Below, piece after piece: positions 37,296-47,027 of a stretch of DNA of 64,000 bases. The position numbers were made by a program, and so were the translations under genes. The notes below the pieces were generated by a model, which made no database searches, was not told the DNA's origin, and saw only the letters and a program-made list of their open reading frames with translations. The stretch is from an uncultured Oscillospiraceae bacterium (GTDB taxonomy: Bacteria; Bacillota; Clostridia; Christensenellales; CAG-138). The stretch covers positions 341,528 through 405,527 of the forward strand of contig CAYTPV010000001.1 in assembly GCA_964440115.1 (NCBI GenBank), given 5' to 3'. The stretch's first letter is position 1. Each line of letters begins with the position of its first letter.

Positions 37296-38171
37296 TTATT
37301 CCCGAGGACTGCCAAAAAACGCGACGCCGACAGCGCCCGGCCCCGCATAGCAGCCCGTGATAGGTCCCATCGGCAGTATGGAAGCGTCGGCACAGCCGAC
37401 CTCCGTACAAAGTATTTCCTTAAGCTGAGCGGCCAAATCCGGCGCGTCGGCATGCGTAATCGCGACGATCTGGTTGTTAAGCGCATATCCCATGCGGCGT
37501 ACGCTTTCCGCCATACTGTTCAGAGCTTCCGGATCATCCTTCGCCCTGCCTTCTACGGCAGGCCTGCCAGCCGCATCCATACGCAGCACGGTTTTGCGGC
37601 CGAGAAGCTCGCCCATTGCGCCGCCCTGATACATCCCCGACTCGCGCAGCCATTTCAGATCCGCGGGCAGCAGCAGCGCATTGACATATGTGCGGTTGTT
37701 CACCACCCAGGACGCAACTTCATTGAGGCTCTTGCCTTCCCTGCGCATAAAGGCTGCTTCAAACACCAGCATCCCCTGCGCGACTGCACAGCATGTACTA
37801 TCCGCTACGACTATCCTGCGCAAAGGGTAGCGCGCTACAAGTTCTTCTCGCGCATGCTGCGCAGCAAGGAATGTTTTGCTCAAATGCCTGGATATGCAGA
37901 TGGCGAGCACATCCCGCCCCTGTATGAGATGCGGTTCCCACAGCGCGCGAAACGCTTCGGGCAGCACGGGTATTGTGCCCACCTGTGCGCCGTTGCGCAT
38001 AGCGAAATAGAAAGCGGATAAATCCGTTTCCCGACCCAGATCATATGCGTAAGCAGCCCCATTCATTTTATAATGCAGATGCGCGATTTCGACCTGCTGC
38101 TGCTTTGCGGTTCCCCACGGCATGTCCGCGCCGGTATCCGTGCAGATAACAAATGTATTTTCGGGATTCAT
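37296..38171 (-). CDS. DegV-family fatty-acid-binding protein (paralogue)
   Basis: FVICTDTGADMP..., DSTCCAVAQGMLV and ITGCYAGPGAVGVAFF. The start is set at the MNPENTF Met; the tracked ORF is longer. Confidence 0.82.
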   Translation of the reverse strand: MNPENTFVICTDTGADMPWGTAKQQQVEIAHLHYKMNGAAYAYDLGRETDLSAFYFAMRNGAQVGTIPVLPEAFRALWEPHLIQGRDVLAICISRHLSKTFLAAQHAREELVARYPLRRIVVADSTCCAVAQGMLVFEAAFMRREGKSLNEVASWVVNNRTYVNALLLPADLKWLRESGMYQGGAMGELLGRKTVLRMDAAGRPAVEGRAKDDPEALNSMAESVRRMGYALNNQIVAITHADAPDLAAQLKEILCTEVGCADASILPMGPITGCYAGPGAVGVAFFGSPRE

Positions 38172-38318
38172 AAACGTACCCCTTGGTGGTGCTGATGCAA
38201 CCATTATAGCGTATATATGGCAACACACGCAAATGGAATAGGGATTTGTGCAAACGCAAGCAAAAAGCAGAATGCGCCGCACTCTGCTTTTATAGATATC
38301 TCATGCGAATATCTGGTT

Positions 38319-39044
38319 TCAATAAAGTACTTTTGAAAGAAAGTCCTGCAGCCTCGGGTGCTGGGGATTGCCAAAGAACGTCTGCGGCGCGTTTTCTTCG
38401 AGCACCAGACCGCCATCCATAAACAGGCAGCGCGTCGCTACTTCCTTCGCAAAGCCCATCTCATGCGTAACCACCACCATGGTCATGCCTTCATGGGCAA
38501 GCTCTTTCATGACTTCGAGAACCTCGCCCACCATTTCCGGGTCGAGCGCTGAAGTCGGCTCATCAAAAAGCATGACGTCGGGATTCATGGCAAGCGCGCG
38601 CACGATGGCCACGCGCTGCTGCTGCCCGCCGGAAAGCTGGTTCGGGTAAGAATCCGCTTTCTCGGTAAGACCAATGCGCTGCAGCAGACGGGTAGCGTTA
38701 TCGTTGGCTTCCTCCTGCTCCATCAGTTTGAGTTTCACCGGCGCAAGCGTGATGTTTTCGCGTATCGTCTTATGCGGGAACAGATTGAACTGCTGGAATA
38801 CCATCCCCATTTTCTGGCGCAGCCTATCAACGTCGCACTTGCCGTCGTTTATCCTCTGCCCCTCAAACCATACCTCGCCCTTTGTAGGCATTTCCAGCAG
38901 GTTCAGGCAGCGCAGGAACGTGCTCTTGCCGCAGCCGGACGGCCCGACAATGACCACCTTTTCGCCTTTTTCAATATGCTGGTTTACGCCGTTGAGCGCC
39001 TTGACCGGCCCAAAGTGTTTATGCAGATCTTTAACGGTGATCAC
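38319..39044 (-). CDS. Polar amino acid ABC transporter ATP-binding protein (GlnQ-like)
   Basis: [24 protein letters not shown] and [13 protein letters not shown]. Confidence 0.9.
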   Translation of the reverse strand: MITVKDLHKHFGPVKALNGVNQHIEKGEKVVIVGPSGCGKSTFLRCLNLLEMPTKGEVWFEGQRINDGKCDVDRLRQKMGMVFQQFNLFPHKTIRENITLAPVKLKLMEQEEANDNATRLLQRIGLTEKADSYPNQLSGGQQQRVAIVRALAMNPDVMLFDEPTSALDPEMVGEVLEVMKELAHEGMTMVVVTHEMGFAKEVATRCLFMDGGLVLEENAPQTFFGNPQHPRLQDFLSKVLY

Positions 39045-39726
39045 TCTTCGCCAGCCTCCTTTCGAGTTTGCGCAGGCCCCATGTCATGAGCATGACGACC
39101 GCGAGGTAAACCAGAGCCGTAAGCAGCAGCGGCACCGCCTCAAATGTACGGGAGCGGATCATGGCCGCCATATACGTGATATCACCTATGGCGATATAGC
39201 CGACCACCGCCGTTTCCTTAAGCAGCACGATGGCTTCGTTGGCAAGCGCCGGCAGGATATTTTTGATGGCCTGCGGCAGCACGATGTAGCGCATCGTCAT
39301 ATTGTTGGTAAGGCCAAGGCTGCGTCCTGCTTCTGATTGCCCCGGCCCAACAGCCAGAATGCCCGCGCGAACGATTTCCGCTACATACGCACCGGAGTTA
39401 ATGCCAAAAGCGAGTATGGCGACGACGATATTCATGCTCATCGGCGCAGACGCGAATATGACAAACGCGAATATCAACAACTGTACCATCACCGGCGTTC
39501 CGCGTATGACTGTCAGGTACAGATCGCAGAGCAGGTCCAAAGGCCGCAGACGGTGGTTGTGACGTGCATATACCTTGCATATGGCGACAAGCGCGCCCAG
39601 AACAATGCCGATTACGGCAGCGCCCAGTGTTATGACAAGCGTATTGCGAAAGCCCTCCACGTAGAGCATCCACCGGTCGTTTTGTATGATATTCCTGTAC
39701 AGCTGTTGGCTGAAATTCACCAACAT
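39031..39726 (-). CDS. Polar amino acid ABC transporter permease
   Basis: His/Glu/Gln/Arg-type permease with the EAA-like loop ([12 protein letters not shown]). It overlaps the ATPase gene. Confidence 0.85.
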   Translation of the reverse strand: MLVNFSQQLYRNIIQNDRWMLYVEGFRNTLVITLGAAVIGIVLGALVAICKVYARHNHRLRPLDLLCDLYLTVIRGTPVMVQLLIFAFVIFASAPMSMNIVVAILAFGINSGAYVAEIVRAGILAVGPGQSEAGRSLGLTNNMTMRYIVLPQAIKNILPALANEAIVLLKETAVVGYIAIGDITYMAAMIRSRTFEAVPLLLTALVYLAVVMLMTWGLRKLERRLAKSDHR

Positions 39727-39885
39727 TTGCAGCCCTCCCTTATAGATGGGCCTTAGGGCCCCGTATTAGTATACTATATTATTCAGTCTTCGCAAGGATT
39801 TTTGGCATCTCCCAGCCGTTTACACATGAATATATATTAGTTTTTGCAAAAATACACCTGTTTTTTGTTCTTAATTGCTTATCCA

Positions 39886-39917
39886 ATGAAAACGCCGCCG
39901 CGCCAAAGCACGACGGC
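39886..39917 (-). terminator. Candidate attenuator after the binding-protein gene
   Basis: On the minus strand GCCGTCG-loop-CGGCGGC (one mismatch) is followed by GTTTTCATT. Confidence 0.45.
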
Positions 39918-39947
39918 ATAAATGCATATCTATTCGAAGACTTTGTG

Positions 39948-40727
39948 TCAGGAACCGGAAGCCGCCTTGTGATCAGCAATCAGCTTGGCAATGGTGCCGT
40001 CGTCCAGCATGCGCTGTACAACCTTATCAACAACTTGCTTGAGGTCTTCAGCACCTTGGGGAAGGGCGAGCGCATACTGTTCCTCCGTCAGAGGTTCTGC
40101 AAGCACGACGAGGCCGGTGTTGGCCGCAGCGATCTGCTGGGCAGGCATTTCATCGATGACGACCGCATCGATTTTGCCGTTTGCAAGTTCTGCGCCGGCA
40201 TCCGGACCGGTCTTATAGCGGAACACTTCTTTGGCGCCGACATTATCCGTTACGTAAATATCGCCCGTGGTGCCCATCTGTACGCCGACATTTTTGCCGG
40301 CAAGGTCCGCGGCAGTCTTAATAGCGCTGCCCTCGGGAACGATGATAACCTGCGCGGCATCCACATAGTTAATTGAGAAATCAACGCTCTGCCTGCGCTC
40401 ATCATTGGCGGTGATGCCAGCCGCTCCCAGATCGCCCTTGCCATTTTTAATGGCCATGACGATGCCGTCAAAATCCATATCCACAACTTCGAGCTTTACG
40501 CCGATTTCATCGGCAATGGCCTTGGCGATATCCATATCCACGCCTACGACCTCATTGTTTGCGCCAAGATATTCAAACGGCGCAAAACCGGCGCTGGTCA
40601 GCACGACGAGCTTGCCGGCCTTCTTCACCTTTTCCAGACCTACTTTAGGCGCGCAGGCCACGAATGCGGATGCGATCAGTGTAATGGCAAGTACGATTGC
40701 CAGGCTTTTCAATACACTCTTCTTCAT
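39948..40727 (-). CDS. Polar amino acid ABC transporter substrate-binding lipoprotein
   Basis: Signal plus lipobox (LIASAFVAC) and an SBP_bac_3-like body (GFAPFEY, DMDIAKAIA). Confidence 0.85.
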   Translation of the reverse strand: MKKSVLKSLAIVLAITLIASAFVACAPKVGLEKVKKAGKLVVLTSAGFAPFEYLGANNEVVGVDMDIAKAIADEIGVKLEVVDMDFDGIVMAIKNGKGDLGAAGITANDERRQSVDFSINYVDAAQVIIVPEGSAIKTAADLAGKNVGVQMGTTGDIYVTDNVGAKEVFRYKTGPDAGAELANGKIDAVVIDEMPAQQIAAANTGLVVLAEPLTEEQYALALPQGAEDLKQVVDKVVQRMLDDGTIAKLIADHKAASGS

Positions 40728-40758
40728 AATCCTTCTCCTCCCAAATCTCTTGTGTATA

Positions 40759-40786
40759 ATTATACTTATAATAGCAAGAAAATCAA
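40759..40786 (-). promoter_or_regulatory. Promoter of the amino-acid ABC operon
   Basis: The minus strand reads TTGATT, 16 nt, TATAAT. Confidence 0.5.
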
Positions 40787-40862
40787 TACCCTAATGACGA
40801 TATTTTTGCATTTTTATAAGATTATTACCTGCTTTATTCAAGTAATATGCGAAGTTAGTGCA

Positions 40863-40898
40863 TAAAAAAACATCCCGGACACTTTCATATCCGGGATG
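40863..40898 (-). terminator. Rho-independent terminator after serA
   Basis: The minus strand reads CATCCCGGA-loop-TCCGGGATG followed by TTTTTTT. Confidence 0.8.
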
Positions 40899-40929
40899 CA
40901 TCGCAGATTGCGTATTTATTAAAAACAGA

Positions 40930-41844
40930 TTATATGCTGAACTTGCGGCGAATGTGCGCCACGATTTCTTCGCCGACGCGTTCCTGCGCCTCAAATGTGG
41001 AAGCGCCGAGATGCGGGGTCATGCTGACCTTGGGATGACCGAGCAGGCGGGTATCCTTGCAGGGTTCCTCGATGTATACGTCCGCGCCGTAGCCGCGCAG
41101 ATGGCCGTTGTCGAGAGCGTCCAGCACTGCACAGGTATCCACCGTGCTGCCGCGGCCGGTGTTGACGAGTACTGCGCCGGGCTTCATCATGGCAATCTGT
41201 TCCGCGCCGATGATGGGCGGGCAGTTCTTGCCAGCAGGTGTGTGCAGCGAAACGAAATCGGACTGCTTCAAGAGATCGTTCAGCTCGCAGTATACATAAG
41301 GCTCGTTCTCCGGCTTATGACCGGTACGGTTGGTGTAGATAACGCGCATACCGAGCGCTGCGGCGCGCTTTGCGGTTTCCTTGGCGATGTTGCCCATGCC
41401 AATGAGGCCAAGCGTTTTGCCTGCGAGCTCTATGCCGTTGTAGCCCTTCTTCTCCCACTTGCATTCACGCATGGTGACGTTGGCGGAATAGATATAGCGA
41501 GCCAACGCAAACATGTGGCCGATGGCCAGTTCAGCAACGGAAGCGGAGGATGCATTGGGGGTATTGCAGACTTCGATGCCATGATCGCGCGCATAAGCGA
41601 CATCGATATTGTCAACGCCCACGCCGCCGCGGATGATGAGCTTGAGCTTGCCCGTGGTCAGAGCGGCGTCGATGATGGGCTCGCGTACCTTTGTAGCGGA
41701 ACGGACTACCAGCACGTCGTACTCTTTTACCTGTTCCTTGAGGTCGTCGGGTTCATAAAACTGCTGCACAACTTCGCAGCCAAGATCCTGTAAAGCTTTA
41801 ACGGCGCTTTTTTCCAAGCCGTCCGATGCCAAAACACGCAGCAT
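40930..41844 (-). CDS. serA: D-3-phosphoglycerate dehydrogenase, short form (no ACT domain)
   Basis: D-isomer 2-hydroxyacid dehydrogenase fold (GLIGMGNIAKETA; R/E/H catalytic-region blocks). It is adjacent to serC. At 304 aa it has no room for a regulatory domain. Confidence 0.8.
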   Translation of the reverse strand: MLRVLASDGLEKSAVKALQDLGCEVVQQFYEPDDLKEQVKEYDVLVVRSATKVREPIIDAALTTGKLKLIIRGGVGVDNIDVAYARDHGIEVCNTPNASSASVAELAIGHMFALARYIYSANVTMRECKWEKKGYNGIELAGKTLGLIGMGNIAKETAKRAAALGMRVIYTNRTGHKPENEPYVYCELNDLLKQSDFVSLHTPAGKNCPPIIGAEQIAMMKPGAVLVNTGRGSTVDTCAVLDALDNGHLRGYGADVYIEEPCKDTRLLGHPKVSMTPHLGASTFEAQERVGEEIVAHIRRKFSI

Positions 41845-42008
41845 AATAGTAGTCTCCTTTATTCAATTGCATGAGTAAAAATAATACATCCGCAAAAACG
41901 CCTTTGTTCAGCGAAAGCAGTGCCCGCCTTGATAATGGTCCTAAGTACGGCGCGTCCGCCGGCCATCATTGGCCGGCGGAGCATAGCCGGTAATAATTAA
42001 AACTCTGG

Positions 42009-43088
42009 TTATTTCTCGAACGACTTCATGAAGGAGACAAGCTTCTCCACGCCTTCGATGGGCATAGCGTTGTAGATGGAAGCGCGCATGCCGCCAACCA
42101 AGCGGTGACCCTTAAGGTTAACCATGCCGTTTGCAGAGGCTTCCTTGACGAATTTATCGTTGGTGGCATCGTCCTCAGCACGGAACGTTACGTTCATCAA
42201 AGAGCGGCTTTCCTTGGAAACGGGGTTCTTAAACATCTTGCTCTGATCCAGATAATCGTAAAGTATCGCGGCCTTCTTCTCGTTGTGCGCCTTCATGGCA
42301 GTGAGGCCGCCCATGCTCTTGATCCACTCAAGCACCAGCTTGCAGACATAGATGGGATAGCACGGCGGGGTATTGTACATGGAGACGTTATCCGCCATGG
42401 TCTTGTAATTGCACATGGTGGGAACGAACGCAGGCAGATCCTCACGCAGAAGGTCTTCGCGCACGATGACGATGGTAAGGCCTGCGGGCGCGATGTTCTT
42501 CTGCGCACCGGCATAGATGAGGCCGAACTTACTTACGTCCACGGGTTCAGAAAGAATGCAGCTGGACATATCCGCAACGAGGGGAACATTGCCCGTGTTG
42601 GGGATGTAATCCCACTTGGAGCCGAATATGGTGTTGTTGTAGCAGATGTGGACATAATCCGCTTCGGGGTCAAGCTTGAGTTCTTCCTGGCGGGGAATAC
42701 GGGTGAAATTTTCCGATTTCGTGGTAGCGGCGAGATTGATATTGCCGTACTTCTGCGCCTCTTTGTAGGCACTGCCGGAGAACTGGCCCGTAACGACATA
42801 GTCGGCTTTGCCGGTCTTGAGGAGGTTCATGGGAACCATGGCGAACTGCAGAGTTGCGCCTCCCTGCAGGAACAGCACCTTATAGTTAGACGGGATGCCC
42901 ATTACCTCGCGCAGCAGAGCTTCCGCTTCCTGTATGATAGTCTCATACACTTTGGAACGGTGGCTCATTTCCATTACGCTCATGCCAGACCCATGATAGT
43001 TGATCATTTCGTCTTTGCAGATCTCAAGCACCGGCAGCGGCAGCATGGAAGGGCCGGCCGAAAAGTTGTAGATGCGATCGTATGCCAT
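42009..43088 (-). CDS. serC: Phosphoserine aminotransferase
   Basis: YNFSAGPSMLP N-terminus, GAQKNIAPAGLT PLP-lysine region, 359 aa. Confidence 0.92.
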   Translation of the reverse strand: MAYDRIYNFSAGPSMLPLPVLEICKDEMINYHGSGMSVMEMSHRSKVYETIIQEAEALLREVMGIPSNYKVLFLQGGATLQFAMVPMNLLKTGKADYVVTGQFSGSAYKEAQKYGNINLAATTKSENFTRIPRQEELKLDPEADYVHICYNNTIFGSKWDYIPNTGNVPLVADMSSCILSEPVDVSKFGLIYAGAQKNIAPAGLTIVIVREDLLREDLPAFVPTMCNYKTMADNVSMYNTPPCYPIYVCKLVLEWIKSMGGLTAMKAHNEKKAAILYDYLDQSKMFKNPVSKESRSLMNVTFRAEDDATNDKFVKEASANGMVNLKGHRLVGGMRASIYNAMPIEGVEKLVSFMKSFEK

Positions 43089-43172
43089 GTTGTTTTGCTC
43101 GCTCCTCTTGTAGAATGTATTTATTCCGAAAACGCTCCGTCCGCCCTCTGCGCCCCATTGAGCAGAAGCTGG

Positions 43173-44159
43173 TTAACGTTCTTCGCGGAAATAATTGACG
43201 CCGCAGGACCGTGGCTGCGAGTTTTCCCTGATCTGGCGGATGCTCGTCATAATGAGCACAATCACCGTTGCTACAAAGGGAAGCATGTCGTATATCTGCA
43301 TGGGAATGCCCAGCGGCAGATACAAACGCAGTATGGACAGGCCGCCAAACAGCAGCGCCCCTAAAATGCCGCGTGCCGGACTCCAGGCGGCGAATATAAC
43401 CAATGCCACCGCGATCCAGCCCTGGCCGTTTACACTGTTGTGCACCCAGACGCCGCTGCAGGTCACCATCGTGACATACATGCCGCCCAAGCCGCAAATA
43501 CCGCCGCCAATGCATGTTGCAAGATACTTGTAACGTGCTACATTCAGGCCGGCAGCATCCGCTGTCGCCGGGCTCTCACCCACCGCGCGCAGATTGAGAC
43601 CTGTGCGGGTATGGTTGAAGAACCAAAATAGCACCAATGCGATGGCGACACCTAAGTATACCACAAAATTGTATCCAAACAATAGCCGTCCGATATAAGG
43701 AATATTTGCAAGTGTTGGGATTGCGGGATTGGTAAACGTAGCTTTGGTTATACTGGAGACCGCCGCATAACCGCCCGCCTTGAGCGCGAGATGTTCTCCG
43801 AAGAAATTCGCGAACCCTGTGCCGAATATGGCGAGCGTCAGGCCGGTAACGTTCTGGTTGGCGCGCAGCGTGACCGTAAGGAAGCTGTAAATGAGGGCGC
43901 CGAAAGCGCCGCACAAAAACGCACCGATCACGGCGTAAACCGCGGACATGAAGCCGGATATCACACCGCCCGAAGCTGTTACGGCAGCTTCATAGTAGAA
44001 GGACGCCGCAAGGCCGGCAATGCCGCCCATGAACATCATGCCTTCTACGCCAAGGTTCAGGTTGCCTGATTTCTCAGTGAGAATTTCACCCATGGTACCC
44101 AGCAGCAGGGGCGTGCCCGCCAGCACTGCCGCGTTGATCATGTTAATAATCCAATCCAT
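43173..44159 (-). CDS. ABC transporter permease (BMP/nucleoside-type, YufQ/NupQ-like)
   Basis: Polytopic protein with AGTPLLLGTMGEILTEKSGNLNLGVEGMM, typical of this permease family. Confidence 0.82.
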   Translation of the reverse strand: MDWIINMINAAVLAGTPLLLGTMGEILTEKSGNLNLGVEGMMFMGGIAGLAASFYYEAAVTASGGVISGFMSAVYAVIGAFLCGAFGALIYSFLTVTLRANQNVTGLTLAIFGTGFANFFGEHLALKAGGYAAVSSITKATFTNPAIPTLANIPYIGRLLFGYNFVVYLGVAIALVLFWFFNHTRTGLNLRAVGESPATADAAGLNVARYKYLATCIGGGICGLGGMYVTMVTCSGVWVHNSVNGQGWIAVALVIFAAWSPARGILGALLFGGLSILRLYLPLGIPMQIYDMLPFVATVIVLIMTSIRQIRENSQPRSCGVNYFREER

Positions 44160-45259
44160 CAGCGCCGCCCCTTTCCGCTCCTGAATATGAGCTTATAGTT
44201 GATGAAGAATTCGCATCCGAGCATGAAGAAGAGTATGATGCCCGTGAGCACTTCCGCAGCGGACGCGGGAATTTTGAATGTCGTCTGAATTTTGTTAGAG
44301 CCTTTCTCCAGCATGGCGATGGCAAAAGCAACCCCCAGCATGACATAAGGATTCAGTTTTGCGAGCCATGCCACCGTAATGGCGGTAAATCCCACGCCGC
44401 CAGCGGTCGTATCTGTAAGCGTATAGTCCGCGCCCGCGCACTGAATGAACCCAACCAAGCCGCAGATTGCGCCGGAAAGGAACATGGTGCGGACGATGAT
44501 CTTGCCTACGTTCATACCCGCGTATTTTGCCGTATTGGAGCTTTCTCCGACTACAGAGATTTCATAGCCCTGTTTGGATCTGCTCATATATACGGCCACA
44601 ATCACCATCACCACGATGGCAATCACCCAGCCGATATGGATGCCGAACAACTTGGGCAGCCAAGTCACCTCGTTAAACATGGCAATTTTGGGGAAGCCGC
44701 GTTTCGCTGGATCCTTCCAGGGGCCGTTCTGCAGATACCCCAAAAACGCTAGCGCGATATAGTTGAGCATCAGCGTAAACAGAGTTTCGTTGGTATTCCA
44801 CTTGGCCTTAAACAGTGCCGGTATCAACCCCCACAAGCCGCCCGCAACTACCGCTACGACAAACATGATGAGCAGCAAGGGGATACGGGGAATGTTGTTA
44901 TACTGGAACAGGGCAAAATAGCTTGCGGCCATAGCGCCGACCAGTATCTGTCCTTCCGCGCCGATGTTCCAGAAACGCATTTTGAACGCCAGAGAAATGG
45001 CCAGCGCCGTCATGAGCAGCGGAATGGTAATGCGGATTGTCTGCGTAATGGCAGTCACCGACCCCAGACTGCCCACCACCATATCCGCATATACCGCGAA
45101 CGGATTATGGCCGAGCAGCAACATGATCAACCCGCCGGTGATCAGTGCGCCCAGTACCGCCAGCGCGCGTATAAGCGCAGCTTTACTCTTGGGAATGGCA
45201 TCCCGTTTCACCATGCGCACGAAGGGCTCATGGGCGGTAGCCGTCTTCGTATTTATCAT
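44159..45259 (-). CDS. ABC transporter permease (BMP/nucleoside-type, YufP/NupP-like)
   Basis: Polytopic permease that abuts its neighbours by 1-4 nt overlaps. Confidence 0.82.
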   Translation of the reverse strand: MINTKTATAHEPFVRMVKRDAIPKSKAALIRALAVLGALITGGLIMLLLGHNPFAVYADMVVGSLGSVTAITQTIRITIPLLMTALAISLAFKMRFWNIGAEGQILVGAMAASYFALFQYNNIPRIPLLLIMFVVAVVAGGLWGLIPALFKAKWNTNETLFTLMLNYIALAFLGYLQNGPWKDPAKRGFPKIAMFNEVTWLPKLFGIHIGWVIAIVVMVIVAVYMSRSKQGYEISVVGESSNTAKYAGMNVGKIIVRTMFLSGAICGLVGFIQCAGADYTLTDTTAGGVGFTAITVAWLAKLNPYVMLGVAFAIAMLEKGSNKIQTTFKIPASAAEVLTGIILFFMLGCEFFINYKLIFRSGKGRR

Positions 45260-46812
45260 GCGGTTTCCTCCCCGAAGTCCTTGATGTTATTCTCGTCAAC
45301 ATGAACCATCATCAGACCGATCTCTTCTTTGGTGGCGGTCGTCGCATCCACTATACCGCTGACCTTGCCGCCGGAAAGAACCATGATGCGGTCGCACAAC
45401 TCGAGAAGAACGTCAAGATCCTCGCCGATAAACAGCACGGCTACGCCCTTTTTCTTCTGCTCGTTGAGAAGATCGTATATGAGATACGACGAGTTGATGT
45501 CAAGACCGCGAACGGGGTAAGCAACAACAAGCACGGACGGGCTGGAAGCGATTTCGCGCCCCAGCAGCACTTTCTGCACGTTGCCGCCGGAAAGCCTGCG
45601 CACGGGGGTTGCGGTACCCGGCGTAATGATGCCCAACCGCTCAATAAGCTCCTCCGCCAGCTTTTTAGGAGTATCTCTGTCCACGAACGGGCTGCTGCCA
45701 GTTTTATAGCTCTTGAGCATGACGTTGTCCACCATATCCATGGAGGCTACAAGACCCATGCCCAGGCGATCCTCCGGCACGAATGCCATCGCGACGCCAT
45801 GGCTGATAATTTCTACGGGGGATTTGCCGGCAAGATTTTCGCTTTTGGCGCCCTTTTCATCGAAATACAATATTTCTCCCGATTCAATAGGATACAACCC
45901 GGCAATTGCCTCGCAAAGCTCCTTTTGTCCGCTGCCAGCGATACCCGCCACGCCTAGTATCTCCCCGCTTTTGAGCGAAAAGCTTACTGTATCGAGTGCC
46001 TTGAGGTGATCCGCATTGCGGCAGGTCAGGTTTTTGACGCGCATACGGACCGGCGTTGCGGGCATTCTTTCGCGCGCTATCTCCAAGCTGACGCTGCGCC
46101 CCACCATGGCCTCCGTCAGCGACTGCACGGTAGCGTCCTTTGTCTCAACAGTATCCACACAGCAGCCCTTGCGCAATATGCACACACGGTCGGAGATCGA
46201 GAGCACTTCATGCAGCTTGTGCGTGATGATGATGATGGCTTTGCCGTCCGCTTTCATACTCCGCAGTATCTTAAACAGCTTTTCAGTTTCCTGCGGGGTA
46301 AGAACTGCGGTAGGCTCGTCCAATATCAGAGTATCCGCGCCGCGATACAGAACTTTGATGATTTCTACCGTCTGCTTTTCGCTTACGGACATGTTGTAGA
46401 TTTTCTTGTTGGGATCAAGCTCAAACCCATACCGCTGCGCGATTTCGCTGATCTCTTTGGATATGGCTTTGCGGTTAGCGCGGCCCGGCAGCCCAAGAAC
46501 GATGTTTTCCGCAGCTGTCAGCACGTCCACCAGCTTGAAATGCTGATGAATCATGCCAATGTGCAGATCGAACGCGTCCTTGGGAGAACGAATGACCACT
46601 TCGCTGCCATCCACGAGTATGTCGCCGCTGTCCGGAAAATAGATACCGGAGAGCATGTTCATCAAGGTAGTTTTGCCCGAACCGTTTTCACCCAGCAGCG
46701 CGAGTATTTCGCCGCGGGAAACATCGAGGCAAATCCTGTTGTTGGCGCATACGGAACCGAATGTTTTGGTGATGTTGCGAATGCAGATTGCATGTTCGGC
46801 CGTTTGAGTCAA
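45256..46812 (-). CDS. ABC transporter ATP-binding protein with duplicated ATPase domains
   Basis: Two ABC cassettes (GENGSGKTT ... LDEPTAVL, and a second degenerate P-loop GIAGSGQKE ... LSGGNVQK). Confidence 0.88.
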   Translation of the reverse strand: MTQTAEHAICIRNITKTFGSVCANNRICLDVSRGEILALLGENGSGKTTLMNMLSGIYFPDSGDILVDGSEVVIRSPKDAFDLHIGMIHQHFKLVDVLTAAENIVLGLPGRANRKAISKEISEIAQRYGFELDPNKKIYNMSVSEKQTVEIIKVLYRGADTLILDEPTAVLTPQETEKLFKILRSMKADGKAIIIITHKLHEVLSISDRVCILRKGCCVDTVETKDATVQSLTEAMVGRSVSLEIARERMPATPVRMRVKNLTCRNADHLKALDTVSFSLKSGEILGVAGIAGSGQKELCEAIAGLYPIESGEILYFDEKGAKSENLAGKSPVEIISHGVAMAFVPEDRLGMGLVASMDMVDNVMLKSYKTGSSPFVDRDTPKKLAEELIERLGIITPGTATPVRRLSGGNVQKVLLGREIASSPSVLVVAYPVRGLDINSSYLIYDLLNEQKKKGVAVLFIGEDLDVLLELCDRIMVLSGGKVSGIVDATTATKEEIGLMMVHVDENNIKDFGEETA

Positions 46813-46974
46813 GTTGACTGTCCCTCCCCTCGGTGATATGAATAGGATGGATGGAATATCTGCAATTCAAACAGAAATGATAAAGTATCTATGATATCGG
46901 CTTTGGATGAAACGGCAAAGCAAGCGACACGCCGCTTCCTTTGCAGGCTGCATCCAGAAATGTAGCAGCAATTT

Positions 46975-47011
46975 TGAAAAAGGGCGGGGCCGCCGTTTGG
47001 CGGCCCTGCCC
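46975..47011 (-). terminator. Rho-independent terminator/attenuator after the BMP lipoprotein gene
   Basis: 13-bp GC stem (GGGCAGGGCCGCC / GGCGGCCCCGCCC, one mismatch) followed on the minus strand by TTTTTCAAAATT. Confidence 0.7.
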
Positions 47012-47027
47012 AACAGCACTGCGCTGC

